From NCBI GenBank assembly GCA_049999805.1, contig JBNGIO010006320.1, positions 130,842 through 177,623 on the forward strand: DNA of 46,782 nt, in the 5' to 3' direction. The translations under genes and the position numbers were made by a program. Position 1 is the first letter of the stretch. Each line of letters starts with the position of its first letter. Shown piece by piece: positions 23,881-35,861 of this stretch. Origin of the DNA: Folioceros fuciformis (Eukaryota). The notes under the pieces were generated by a model that was not told the DNA's origin, ran no database searches, and saw only the letters and a program-made list of their open reading frames with translations.

Positions 23881-25726
23881 TCACGCTGAAAGATGTCCCA
23901 TAGCAAAGCTACAAGCCTTTGGAGTTGCGCTCAGGCTGGTGATCCAAACTTCGTCTGCTTTCACATTAGCGTCATCGTCGTTTCGATGCCAGCTCCAGTG
24001 TGCGTGTGTTGCGTTCGCTATCCTGAGCTGCCCATGTCCAAAGCTAGCTTCGCGAAAGAGTGAGTATGATGGTTGGTCCAAGTACCTGGCACGGCGGCAG
24101 TGAATTAGGTGAGTGTGAGATGGCCAGCAATTACGACATTCGACACCACAACTTGCCAGCTTCAGTCTCCGACCAGGCATTGGAGACAGTTCACTATCAA
24201 CCATGACATGAAGAGAGACATCTGTACCAACCTTTTGGCAAGGCCTTCCCGATTACCCCCATCTCCAATCACAATCTGTACCATGCCACAGGGATCCTCC
24301 TTCCCACCGTAGACCCTAGCCTGCAGGGATTTTCACCCAGTCAAAGAGCAGGCCACATAGAACCAACTCTTTAAGAACGGAACCACTCTTTGCTCTATTT
24401 CGGCCTGCAGTACTTACAAAGCGCTCATACGCATGCACATGGCCTGCAAACATGATATCAACATGCGCAGCCTGGAGCAAAGGTTCCATTGCTGCCATCA
24501 TTGCATCACCCTCCCCCTGATGAGCTGAGTTGCTGTTGTACCAGGGTGCATGCAACACAGCTATAAGCCAGGGAGTCTTCTTTCTGTCGACCTTGGCAAG
24601 ATCTGCCTGTCACCAGCAGTGAAGCAGAAAGGTCAGTTCAATATTGATGCAAGACTCCGCCCTCCGTTCGTTCACAGTAGAAGCAAGCTGCACTAGCCGA
24701 AACAGCACTTACCTGGAGCCAGGAATATTGGCTCGATTTAGCATCGAAGTCCGCATATGATCCCAGCATAACAACATGAACTCCAGCAACCTCAAATGAG
24801 TAGTACAGGTTGGAGGTGGAGCCACTCTCCAAGTATGGCATAGACCACCGAGTGTTGTAAGCTTTGAATGATTCAATGATAAAGGGAACTGCCTCTCTGT
24901 CATGGTTTCCTTCGGTAACCATCCATGGCCTCGAGCTGGCCAAAGGTGACATCAGCTGCCCGAACGAATCCCACAGAGGTTGATAGTAATCTGCGTAGGA
25001 TAGGTCACCTGCAAAAAGCAGGAGATCGTAGTCTGACGCTTGAATGTGTTGAAGAGTCGAGGTAGTCCACCCAGTCTGTCCCAGATCACCTGCACAAATA
25101 GGCCATCCTAAGCCGCCATGATGGTTCTATTTGTACCGGCAAATTAAGACATGCCGTAATTCAAAACCCATAACAAGGAACGTACCAACAACTGCAAAAG
25201 TGATGGGCACGTCAGGTCCTGGTGCTGGAGGAGTCCTGAAACTGTACTCCTTGCCCGCATTTCCACAGCGATAGTAATAAGTTGTGCTCGGTTCAAGGGG
25301 ATTGGTGTCGGTCCCAAGCACCACGTGATGACTGAGTCCAGATTTATACAAAAGAAAGGAGTAAGAGGAGCTCTGCCCATTCGCAACAGCGTCGTAAGAC
25401 CCAGATTTGGTTCCATATTCCACAGAAGATGGGCCATTGGAGCTAGACGTAATCCACGAGACTTTCATCTTGTTCAGCCCAGCCAGTGACACATGCACCT
25501 ATGGAAGAAGGCGGTTAGAAAAGGATCACCAATGATTCCCAGGCAACCACATCTGTTCCTATCGTCGTACCTGCTCAGGCTCTGTTGTAGACGACCCGAG
25601 ACTCGGAAATTGCAGTGTCCTGCGAGTGTTGGGTCGCACATAGGACCCTTGTGCTAGCAACAAGCCCATGCCAAGGCAAAACACCAGAATGAAGCTCTGC
25701 CTCACTGCCACGCTCTGGGCTGCCAT
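23881..25726 (-). CDS. Purple acid phosphatase (PAP18-like), secreted
   Basis: Signal peptide, PEQ|VHVSL FN3-like domain, metal-ligand motifs [45 protein letters not shown]; multi-exon. Confidence 0.92.
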
Positions 25727-26800
25727 GGCTAGGAGCCGGTGAAACCCAGTCCTGAAAGAGCGAGAGGGAAACATGCATCATTACTTTTAGAGTGCTTCTC
25801 GTCTTACTCAGTCTCCTATTCCAGTCCTTCCCAAAGGCCAAAAATCATGTCAGCTGAGCAAGCAATCCCCTGCTCCAGCTCATTTGCCATGAATTTGCAA
25901 AAACACAACATCGTCAACAAGCTCCAATTCTAGACACCCACCCTGCCCTTCAAACCGTCTGCTCATGCCAGGGCTTTGCTCGCGTACGACATTGACCAGC
26001 CCAGCGAAAATAGCGCAGTCCCTGCTAGCCAACCTTCTTCTCCTATCAATGTGTTCAGACTACTTCAACACGGGAATGAAGCAGGGACGACATGTGTCCA
26101 CATAGACGCGAGGCATATTCCGCCTCTCCACATTCCATGCCGCATAGCAAGATGGAAACTCTAAACAACTATCACTATCATCCAGCTTCTTGGCCAAAGT
26201 GACGGTTAAGGCACGTCCACGGTCCTTCCTCGCAGAAAACGATTTCTTCAGCAAGCCAAATCGGAGGTGGACAACGGACACGTCGGCATCACTCTTCGGC
26301 TGGCCCCACTGCTGCTGGTGTCTTCGCAATCAGTGACAGGATCTTCAGCGGAAAGCAGAAACGATCAACCCTTTGAGGGATGCGACACGGCAGGCCGCGA
26401 TGCATTGCCTTCCAGCATTTTGATTTCCAAAATTGCGTCCTTGCCGTGCGGCGTACTCCGCCACAAACCTCTGCTTTTCACGATCCACCAATCCCGGCTC
26501 CTAGCGTCCAGCAAGGCCGCAAACGTACCGTCTCGTTCCCCTTGCGAGTAGACAGAGAAGGATGTTACCACGCGAAGAGGCAGGGTTAGTCGAAGGTCGT
26601 GGCTACAACGGTGAAGTAGCTTGCAAACAGCTTGTTTCGCAGATTTCTGTTTCACAGCCTTCGTTGTTAATTTTACAGCCCACGGGGATGTGGAACCAGA
26701 CTACGCACCTCGGACTTGTGGGTCTCCAAGAGCTGCACGTTGAGTGTAAGCATTCCGACTATAAGATTTCCTGACCGCGAAAAAAATACCCTGAAATGGA

Positions 26801-27669
26801 TCACGTTGTGTCCATGCTCACAGGTTCCGTAGCGTTGGTAACCTCGACAGCCGGAGGTGCGGATGGCTGTGCAACAGCTGCTAAATCAAGATCAACAAGG
26901 ACCTTACTTTCCTCCTCAATTGTGCTTTGAAGATCATCCACCTGCGCGATGACATGTGACGAAGAGTTAAGGATGAAGAAATGAACTACAAGAGCTACGT
27001 CTTAGACTTCCATAGACGAGCAATTGACACATACCACATGTAAGAGAAGTGCAAATTGTTTCTTCCTTAGTTCCAGGGTTCGTGATGCAGCCAGATTCTC
27101 TGCTTCCAGCACAAGAATGTCTCGGTCCAGCTCGGCGATCGCCTGTTGAGTCTCCGATCGTGCTGGCTGAGCTGCTATCAACTTCCTGATGGCCTCGCAC
27201 TCCTCCTTGTGCTGCCTCTCAAGCTTCTCGTGTTCCAGCTGCACCTTAGCATCCTCAATATCCGCCTGAGCCTGCGGCAGGATCCATGTCAAATCCAAGT
27301 CCCTCGGCCGATTCTCCTAGTGTCAAATAGAGGAATCTTGTGGTCGAGTCTCACCTGACCGATCTGCCTCGTAAGCTCTGTTTGCAGCTCCTTAAAATTC
27401 TCCTGCTCACGCCTGTTAGCATTGATGACAGCCTTGGTCTTCAGGAGCGGCAGCTCGAAGGTGGCGAGCTCTTGAAGAAAAGACTTGTACAGCTTCTCGC
27501 AGTCCGCCAGGTTATCTGCATCCTTCTCCACCTCCACAGCAAATGCTATAAATTTCTTCAGAAGCTTCTTCAAGGGAGGCTCGCCTCTTGTAGTGGTGGT
27601 CCGCGTCAGCAATCTTTGCCTGATCACTGCATCGTCCTCAGCAGGGCTGATGGCATAGTGGGCTGCCAT
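26801..27669 (-). CDS. THO7: THO complex subunit 7
   Basis: [30 protein letters not shown]...[14 protein letters not shown]..., [37 protein letters not shown]; three exons. Confidence 0.92.
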
Positions 27670-27966
27670 CCTTCCGATGATTGATCCTTAACCTGCCATT
27701 AAGGCACTTGTCGTTCAAAAGCTCATCCGCAAGGGGAACGAAGTCGGAAACCTAGCACTCCGAGGGAGGGCACGTGCTCGTATCTAGGGTTTGCATGCGC
27801 CGTATCCAAGGAGTTGAGATTTTACCACAGGGTCCGACAGGGTGCCCGGTATCCAATCTGGGAAGGCTAGGCCGAACGAGCTGAATCCTATGGCCGCTTG
27901 GCAAATGGTTTTCATTTCAGACCATTTGCTGACCTTGCTGTTTTGCAATGGCTCTGCCAGGCGGAC

Positions 27967-30000
27967 ATGAGTTGCGGGCGGGTAGGGGTTGTAGACTCAG
28001 GTATCCGGCTCGGGTGTTTTCAACCCCTGGTGAGACCGGTGCTGTCATGGGAGATCATGTTACAACGGCAAGCTGTAAATGGTCGGAGCGGCCTGAAGCA
28101 GCTCCTGAGACCTCTGATCTCCCACGATTGCAGAACCGGGATTTCGACTCCGGCTAGAACTAATCAGCTCTCTGAGGATGGACATCCGACTGCGGAAAGA
28201 GAGAGGGATTGTCGTTCAAGATCAGTTTCGAATCGGAAGGTCATGAAGAGGGATTTCAGAGGGGACAAAGAGAAGCATGATTCACAGAGGCCTATGACAG
28301 GGACAGCTGTTATCAGCAAGCTGCGCCACATTCTTAGAGGTGTGAATTGGGGCCCTCACATTGGGGCTTTGCTTGATCAGGTAAGAATCAAGATCAAGCC
28401 CTATCATGTAAGTCAGGTGCTGAAGGAGCAGAAAGATGCGAAACTGGCATTGAGCTTCTTTGAGTGGGCAAGAGGCAGGGAAGGATTTAAGCACAACTCT
28501 CTCACGTATTCAGTGATGCTACGGATATTAGGAGACTCGAAGCAGTTTCAAGGAGCTTGGCATCTTCTGGAAGCCATGCAAAAGGATGGCTACCCAATTA
28601 CGGCCAGGACGTTCGCCCCTCTTCTGCAAAGCTACGGCAAATACCATATGGTCGAGGAAGCTTTAGAAACCTACAATAAGATGACTGCATTTGGTTGTCA
28701 GCCCAGCCTCATGACTTTCACTTATCTTATTGGTTTGCTTGCTAGGGCTGGTGATCATGACAGGGTGGATGTGCTGTACGGGGAAATGAAGAAGGCTGGG
28801 TACCCGCTGGATCTTCAGGTTTACAATGTGATCATCGATGCACTTGGCAGGGCAGGAAAACTGAACTCTGCAGTAGAAGTTTTGCAAGAACTCGTGAGAA
28901 ATGGGCTGAAGCCTAATTCTTACACCGGCTGTGCCTTTTTGAATCACCTAAGCGAGGCCAACGGCATTGAGGTTTTCAAGACACTTTTGGACAGCGCTGG
29001 TGAGTTTAGCACTGAGACATACAACGCTTTTTTGACAACCCTTGCTAAGGAGGGTAAGGTTAACTTGACCTGCAAGGTCTTTGAGGAAATGAGGAGGAGA
29101 GGTTGCCAGCCAGACGTGAGAAGCTACAACATTGTAATCAGCTGTCTTGTCAAGGCTGGTAGAATCGGAGTCGCTGAGGAGTTCTTTCGAAAGATGGGCA
29201 ACGACAATTGTTCCCCAGATCGTATCACTTATTCTGTGCTGATTGATATGCTTGGAAAAGCTGGGAAACTGCAGGATGCACTGGATTTGTTCAAGCAGAT
29301 GAAGAGCAGGGGCATAAGTCCAGATGTGGTCACCTACAATAGTTTGATAGATAGCTTAGGGAAGGCAGGGGGCATGGAGGAGTGTCTGAAACTTCTTGAA
29401 GACATGAAAGACAATGGCATCACGCCAGACTTCTTGACATACAACATTGTCATTGATGGTCTTGGCAGGAATGGGCAGTCAAACGCGGCCTATGTAGTAC
29501 TACGAGATATGCAAGCCACTGGTCATACTCCTGACGTGCTCACCTATACCCATTTAATTGCGGGTTTAACCAGGGATGGCAAGCTGGACTTGGCTCTGGA
29601 TGTCTTCAGAGAGATGCCACTGCATGGCTGTATTCCCAACCACGTGACTTACACAATCCTGATTGACCGCCTTGGCAAAGATGGAAAATTACAGCTGGCT
29701 AGGGGATTTTTCCAGGAGATGATGACAAAAGGATGCGTTCCGAACATTTACACATTCAACAGCCTTATCGACAACCTCGGACGTCAAGGACTCCATGACG
29801 AAGCGTTTTCAGTCTACAATCAGATGAAGGAGGCAAAATGCACGCCGGACGATGTAACTTACGCAATTTTGCTTCATGCGGCTGTGAAGGCCAAGCAATT
29901 GGATCGACTCCCCACTCTCGTTCGGGAGATGGAAGCTACAGGCTTGAAGATGGAAATGATCATCCCAACCGACGTGACGCTGACAATTCCGGATACGTGA
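27967..30000 (+). CDS. P-class pentatricopeptide repeat protein (intronless), probably organelle-targeted
   Basis: More than a dozen tandem 35-aa PPR motifs (e.g. PDVVTYNSLIDSLGKAGGMEECLKLLEDMKDNGIT); no E/DYW domain. The start codon is uncertain (27967 or 28057). Confidence 0.92.
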   Translation: MSCGRVGVVDSGIRLGCFQPLVRPVLSWEIMLQRQAVNGRSGLKQLLRPLISHDCRTGISTPARTNQLSEDGHPTAERERDCRSRSVSNRKVMKRDFRGDKEKHDSQRPMTGTAVISKLRHILRGVNWGPHIGALLDQVRIKIKPYHVSQVLKEQKDAKLALSFFEWARGREGFKHNSLTYSVMLRILGDSKQFQGAWHLLEAMQKDGYPITARTFAPLLQSYGKYHMVEEALETYNKMTAFGCQPSLMTFTYLIGLLARAGDHDRVDVLYGEMKKAGYPLDLQVYNVIIDALGRAGKLNSAVEVLQELVRNGLKPNSYTGCAFLNHLSEANGIEVFKTLLDSAGEFSTETYNAFLTTLAKEGKVNLTCKVFEEMRRRGCQPDVRSYNIVISCLVKAGRIGVAEEFFRKMGNDNCSPDRITYSVLIDMLGKAGKLQDALDLFKQMKSRGISPDVVTYNSLIDSLGKAGGMEECLKLLEDMKDNGITPDFLTYNIVIDGLGRNGQSNAAYVVLRDMQATGHTPDVLTYTHLIAGLTRDGKLDLALDVFREMPLHGCIPNHVTYTILIDRLGKDGKLQLARGFFQEMMTKGCVPNIYTFNSLIDNLGRQGLHDEAFSVYNQMKEAKCTPDDVTYAILLHAAVKAKQLDRLPTLVREMEATGLKMEMIIPTDVTLTIPDT

Positions 30001-30226
30001 GACAGATTTTGCAAGAAGAAGCAGGTCTCATGTCCGCCCACATTTTCCTTTGGTGACAGTAGTTCTCGTGCATCTCCCTTAAGCTACCGATTGCTCCAAA
30101 ATGCCTTAGTCTCTCACACTTTCCTGATGAGGGAGTGAGAAATTCAAAATCCTAGTAGCAGCGCCGCGAAGTGATTGCTGTGGACGTAACACTTTCACAC
30201 TAAAAAGGAACAGAAACAACCGTGGT

Positions 30227-30468
30227 CCCTCAACTTGTCCCAGTGTACAAAATATCTCAACAAGCTTCAAGGAAAGGATAGCCGATTCCATAATCTCAAC
30301 CATGAACTGATGTCCGTTGCCGCCTTACTACTCACTGCCAAACAAGCAAAAAAGAGAAAACATGTCTTCCTCAACTTGTCCTAGAATACTATGATATATC
30401 TCAACAGGCTTCAAAATACAGAGAGCCATTTCCCTACATCTCAACCATAAACTGGTGTCCGCTGCTGC
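30227..30468. repeat. Diverged direct duplication (~100 nt aligned, ~142-nt period)
   Basis: cctcaacttgtcc...atatctcaaca(a/g)gcttcaa...atctcaaccat(g/a)aactg(a/g)tgtccg occurs at ~30227 and ~30369. Confidence 0.8.
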
Positions 30469-30684
30469 TGCCTTCTGCCAAGCTGCTGAAATGAAAAAGG
30501 AGCACCCATAGCAGTTAGCTGTCAATCGTTGCCCTCAATCTGCCTGGACTGATCATCTTCACCGACCAGCCTTCATCTCGACTTGCTTTCGTCTCCGCCA
30601 CAAACACCACAGCAATCTGCAAAGCATATTACTAGCCAGATTTGATGACAACACGATCAGGGCATACCAATTCTAGCGTCCTCT

Positions 30685-31509
30685 CTAAACCTGGGCATCG
30701 GCCGCGTCAGCCACGAGGGGTAGCCTTGGAGTCCTGCCAAGCAGGCAAGAGACTACGCCAAAGCAGAAGCTCGCAACCAGGAATACGAAGAGGGAGTCAT
30801 AAAGCATCACAAGGATCTGCAATGCGAAGCCACCACGAGGACTCACAATCCGTTCGATAACCTGTGGCAATATGAGTAGCACATCCAGAACAACCGCCTG
30901 CATTGCATTAAATCTAACATAGCGGCTCATACGCTCGTTTCTCACAACCCCTAAATAGAGGGTGAAGAAAACGATGAGATTCGAGTACGGAATGCTCTTG
31001 TACGCCTGGAAAATAGGGAAGAGAGGGTAGAAGATGGACTCTGAAGTCGGAAACAGACGGAAGAAGTGCCGGCCGTACTGGAGGCCATCCAACAAGGGCA
31101 GGAAGTAGGCAACCGATGACACAATCCTCTCCACATAGCTCGGCCTATTGTATCCGGCCCGAACGACCAAATGCCCGTTCTTAGCCTTTCCCGTCGGTAA
31201 TACACAGGCTGCACTTGTGGACCTGAGAATCCTGGAGGCGAAAATGGATGAACGGTCTGCTTGTAACCGATTACTCTTCAACGAGGCCGCGACAATGTAG
31301 AGGGCTCGTTTACGGCAAGCTGAAGAACGCTGAAAACATGCCCTGTAACCAGAATCCCCTCTCCCAGAACTCAGCCTGGCTGACGCTCCGCATCTGCCGA
31401 CCACAGCAGCCGAAATAGACGATCCACCTGCCTGCTTCCTGGCACAGCAGCCCCGCACCTGTGCAACTGGGGCAGAAGAGCATACAATACACTTCCCGAC
31501 CGCTTCCAT
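30685..31509 (-). CDS. TIC20-V: Tic20-V-like chloroplast inner-envelope protein (intronless)
   Basis: Transit peptide, then AYFLPLLDGLQYG...LYLGVVRNERMSRYVRFNAMQAVVLDVLLILP...PRLPLVADAADAQV. Family is secure; subclade less so. Confidence 0.85.
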   Translation of the reverse strand: MEAVGKCIVCSSAPVAQVRGCCARKQAGGSSISAAVVGRCGASARLSSGRGDSGYRACFQRSSACRKRALYIVAASLKSNRLQADRSSIFASRILRSTSAACVLPTGKAKNGHLVVRAGYNRPSYVERIVSSVAYFLPLLDGLQYGRHFFRLFPTSESIFYPLFPIFQAYKSIPYSNLIVFFTLYLGVVRNERMSRYVRFNAMQAVVLDVLLILPQVIERIVSPRGGFALQILVMLYDSLFVFLVASFCFGVVSCLLGRTPRLPLVADAADAQV

Positions 31510-32325
31510 TGCTCCTGCTGAAGACCTGCAGTCTTACCAGCTATTAAGGTATCCTTCTCCAACACCAAACCGACATACGCTTTAGAGCGAAATGAATGGG
31601 GATGTTGGATACGATTGTGCGGATCGACAGCACGTTGTGCTCTGATGTGCTGTACTTCTCGGGGTCGCTGGGCGCGGTAAGTCCCCGCAAAACCCAGAGG
31701 ATAGCCTAGCTAGGGCTTCGTGTCCGTCAAAGTTCCATGTGAAATGGATAATCAACGATGTCAAAAAAAACTGATTTCAAAAAGTCCAAAACCTGCTTCA
31801 CACCCTTCCGCTGCTTCGCTTCAATGGCTCGCGGTGGACCATCCTTGCTGGTTTGTTCCAGCTCTTTTCGGTCCACGGGTTTTTCTACAACATGCTTACT
31901 AAGGGTATCGGTGCTTTGATTTTCCAGCTTTTCTCCCTTCCTAAGGTTTTTCAATTAGCACCTCGTCCTTAATTGGTTTAGGTTATGCTCCTCATTTTAG
32001 AATTAGGGTTGCGGCCCCATGTTATTGAAACAAGGAGTTTGGATGAACATGGGAATGGTGTGCACCCAAAGTTAATTTGAGATTTGTTTGGAAAATATTG
32101 TTTTAAAGTGTTCAAAGGAATCAAGATTTTAGTGAAAAATAAATAAAACAAAATCTTCTTCAATTTGAAGCTTAAGTACACAAAGACAATGAATACATGA
32201 TAATGTTCATATCTCAAAGTAACAATCACTTGGATTGGAGGAAAAGAACATCTTCTAGTTTTCAATCCGTGCTCATTGCTCCAAATTTGTGGATGATAAC
32301 TTGTAAGCTACAAAGCTAAGCTAAG

Positions 32326-32649
32326 CTAAGCTATGTAATACAAATGGCCATTGCAAGAGCATCCCCAGCCAACCATTTGTCCATTGCCAGAATCGTTATT
32401 GCAATCTTTAAGCTCTGTTAGCACGCATGGTGTACACCCACTACAACGATGAGTGCAACGTGGAGGGGAGGACTCGATAATGGATGCGAACAATCTCGTT
32501 ACGCCAAAGCTCGGAATGCACATGATTGGTGGATCGTCCATGGGTTCCAATGCACGAACACTTTGCACCATGGAGCCCCTGGAAAGACAAGCTCCCAAGG
32601 TAAGAAGTAGGCCAAAGAGGAAGAGGGTTCTCATGCCCGTGCTCGCCAT
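32326..32649 (-). CDS. EPIDERMAL PATTERNING FACTOR (EPF/EPFL)-type secreted Cys-rich peptide, 107 aa
   Basis: Signal peptide MRTLFLFGLLLTLGACLS. Mature domain IESSPPRCTHRCSGCTPC...GWGCSCNGHLYY matches the EPF consensus GSxPPxCxxxCxxCxPC...WxCxCxxxxY. Confidence 0.78.
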   Translation of the reverse strand: MASTGMRTLFLFGLLLTLGACLSRGSMVQSVRALEPMDDPPIMCIPSFGVTRLFASIIESSPPRCTHRCSGCTPCVLTELKDCNNDSGNGQMVGWGCSCNGHLYYIA

Positions 32650-32814
32650 TCTTTCTTGAATTGAGTATAATATCAACACTGCAAAACAAGATGAAACAAA
32701 TTCAATGCATGAGACTAGTGGCATTGATGTAGCACAAAGAGAGAGATGCACACACATGCTCCTAACTACTTCCATGCTACCTGAAAATGGAAAAGGCAAC
32801 ACTGAAACACATTT

Positions 32815-34026
32815 AAGGCACACTCATAGCCTTACATACAAGATTCAAGTAAGGCACACTCACAGGCTTACATTCAAGATTCAAGTCTTGGAGATGACTT
32901 CAGACAACTCTGCAGAATGTTACATTTGGTAGCAACTACCTACACATATATAGACTTGTGCTTTGAATTTTTCTCGATCATGTATACCAAAGTTTCGATG
33001 TCTTCATATTGTATGTTGATCGAAATCCAATACCTCGTTCGGGATACATTTCATCTCATGTTGATTGAATGTAAAGCTGCTTCACCTCAAGCCAAATGAC
33101 TTTCTCCTTTCTTCGATTGAAGAGATGGCATTTCATCTCATGTAAAGCTGCTTCACCTCAAGCCAAATAACTTTCTCCTTTCTTTGATCGAAGAGATGGC
33201 AGTAGGCGAGGAGATTAGTCAAATATCGAGGAAGACAATACGCATGGCAATAGGCGAGATTAGTCAAATATCGAGGAGGACAGTAGACAAGATTAGTCAA
33301 ATATCGAGGTTAGTCAAATATCGAGGAAGACAGTAGGCATAGCAATAGGTGAGATTAGTCAAATATCAAGGAGGATAGTAGCCGAGATTAATCAAATATC
33401 GAGGAAGATGATATGGTTACAAATATCGAGGAGGATGATATGGTTACAAATATCAAATATTGAGGAGGATAAGGAGGATGATATGGTTACCGATTGCAAA
33501 CCATGATCTATTCATGGTGTTTGGAGTTTGCTAGTTGTCCACATATGATGGATACATGATGTTGTTGAAATTCGACAAATGCAGCCCAAGGTACTTATCC
33601 ATGGTTTAGCCCAAGAGCCTACGAGATTAAGACCTCAATTCGAGCCTAAGAGATTAAGACCTCAATTCGAGCCTAAGAGATTAAGACCGCGTAGATGTGG
33701 TACTTATCCATGGTTTAGCCCAAGAGCCTATGAGATTAGACCTCAATTCGTGTAGATGTGCTTAGAGGAAAGCAGAAGTGTGTCCAGGTTGACTTGACTT
33801 GGGGGAACTTGGGGCGAAACAGAATTGTATTTCAAAGGAAAAAAGCAACTTCAAATGAAACGCTAAGGAATCCTTAGAACATACAACTCAGAGAAAGGGA
33901 GACCAAGAGGAAACGTAGGGTAAGTATCAATCAACACGAAGTTCCGTGAAAGCGGAGTTTCAGGCGCAACAAACAGAAAAGCACGCAAACAACAGGCGCA
34001 ACAAACAGAAAAGCACGCAAACAACA
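32815..34026. repeat. Cluster of several unrelated tandem duplications / minisatellite arrays
   Basis: ~36-nt duplication at 32815-32887; ~60-nt duplication at 33070-33201; ~9 copies of (TTAGT)CAAATATCGAGGA at 33198-33491; GAGCCTAAGAGATTAAGACCTCAATTC units at 33590-33760; 32-nt duplication at 33961-34026. Confidence 0.88.
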
Positions 34027-34218
34027 GCTTATGTCAGGCCCCAGACCTGAGGCAGTGCGCCGGCCCTACTCAAAGGGACGTCCTATGCATGCCCAAGAGC
34101 CCAGCCTGTCGAGATCAGGGGAGCCAAAACGACTGATGAGAGAGAGGAGGCATGGGTTCCTGAAGAAACTTCACTCCAGCTCAAGCATAGTCATATGAGC
34201 CTTGACAGAATGAAGCGA

Positions 34219-34614
34219 TCAGCAAGCGGGGTGGAGGTTGTAGCGGATGCACTGCTCCTGGCAGCGGCGCATGCAAATATCGTTCCAGCGAGGAACGTGG
34301 TGCGGGCTGGCGCACACAGTCCTGGCGCAGGCTTCCGCGCATGCATCAACCTCCGACACCCCGCACACGACAACGCAGGTGTCTCTCGTGGGATCCTTGG
34401 AGAAGGCCCCCACCCGCGCCAGCATCTTGTCGGAGGTGCAGACGCTCTGGCACACGAACGCCTCGGGAGCGGCGCCCGTACCGGTGCTTGGATCCCGCCT
34501 CCTCAACCGCTCCAGCTCCTTCAGATGCCGACGCTTGTTGATGTTCCTCATGGCCTGCTTCAGCGTAACAACAGCCGGCCCTACCACCACACCCCACAGC
34601 CACCACTTCACCAT
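34219..34614 (-). CDS. Conserved Cys-rich small protein (At5g64816-like), function unknown
   Basis: FVCQSVCTSDKMLARVGAFSKDPTRDTCVVVCGVSEVDACAEACARTVC...WNDICMRRCQEQC, recognised as the At5g64816 family; hydrophobic N-terminus. Confidence 0.85.
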   Translation of the reverse strand: MVKWWLWGVVVGPAVVTLKQAMRNINKRRHLKELERLRRRDPSTGTGAAPEAFVCQSVCTSDKMLARVGAFSKDPTRDTCVVVCGVSEVDACAEACARTVCASPHHVPRWNDICMRRCQEQCIRYNLHPAC

Positions 34615-35861
34615 CGATTCGGTCGCACTTGCTCCTCGCAGTTAGCCTTCGCCGATCTCAATTTCCTCCCCTTCATCACCGAATTACGTACCTAATTTAA
34701 TGCCTGTCCGACGACCTAGCGTCTCATTCCAGCTTGTGCCCGTAAACCTTTGTCCGAAACCGAACTGAAGTTCAACGCCTCACACTGACCGACAACTCGA
34801 GTGCAGAATCTTCCGTTCTCGTCTCCACACCAAGAATTGCCTCACCAACGTGCAGTCATACCATCGCGAGGTAAGCATGATGGAGCATGCTGAGGAGGGA
34901 TGTTTCTGGTAGGGTTTCCATAACCAGGAGGCTAAGAAACTTGGAGATCTGACATCCGTGTGTAACCGTTACGCAAGGGCCAGCTCAAGCTCAAGCTCGG
35001 AAAATGATGTACCACTACTGTAAACGGAATGACAAAGAGAAAGAATCAACAGATAAGGCCAAGGCGGTTGCCAACCGAGCTCCTCTCCTCCTCCCCCATC
35101 TCGCCAGACGAGCATGCTACATACATGTTGTGTGTTATCTTCGCACCTAACCCTGAATGAAAGACGACTCGGATGTGATTCTCCACTTGTAGCCTGTACC
35201 TTCGTGTGTGTGACCCATTGCTACAACGACCACAAGTGACTGAAGGTACGCTCTTCAAGGTTGGTTGGAGACACTCACAGTGCATGACTTTTGGGTGTAT
35301 CCTTTAAAATATCGGTGTAAGCTCCTCGATTTGGACAAAAGACAGTCCACAATTGGTGCTCTTACGATACGACAAGAGGCAGGAGCGACACTGACTAGGA
35401 AATGACGATCGCAACCCAGTCCACCATATTAAGAGACGAAGAAGGCAGACGGAACTCTGGGGGCAAGGTGCAATAAACCCTCGACCACCTTTTCATAATA
35501 GTATCGGTCTTGTTGCAATAAACAAGTAGAGGAATATTTGTGGGCGGCACGAGGCAGCCATGAGATTAATGCCCCCCCGTGCGAGAGCAACAGGGAAGGA
35601 GCTGGTAACGGCGATGTGGTTCCGAGCGCGGGATTTCCTATGCCACGCGTGGGGCTGATGTCAATTCCACCCGAAGCTTTTGCAGAGACACAAAAGCCGC
35701 GCGGTGCACATGTCGTGGGCGGGACTCGGGAACCTGGAGGGCGCAGCCGATTCTTCTGGTCCAGGCCCAGTCAGTCTCGGAGGATGGAGGAGCGGGAGGT
35801 CGAGGGGTGCGAATAGAGTAGAGTAGAGCATAGCAGCGTAGAGGACGTGTGGCCGAGGCTC

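Noticed and set aside
25976-26774. Overlapping 60-96 aa ORFs between PAP and THO7
   Set aside because: No family resemblance or consistent exon chain.
33198-33491. CRISPR-like look of repeated TTAGTCAAATATCGAGGA with variable spacers
   Set aside because: Spacers are irregular in length and related to each other, the repeat is short, there are no cas genes, and the context is a plant nucleus. It is a minisatellite.
34700-35820. Possible ncRNA or small gene between the At5g64816-like and TBL-like genes
   Set aside because: Only isolated C-box-like words and weak ORFs; no supportable structure.
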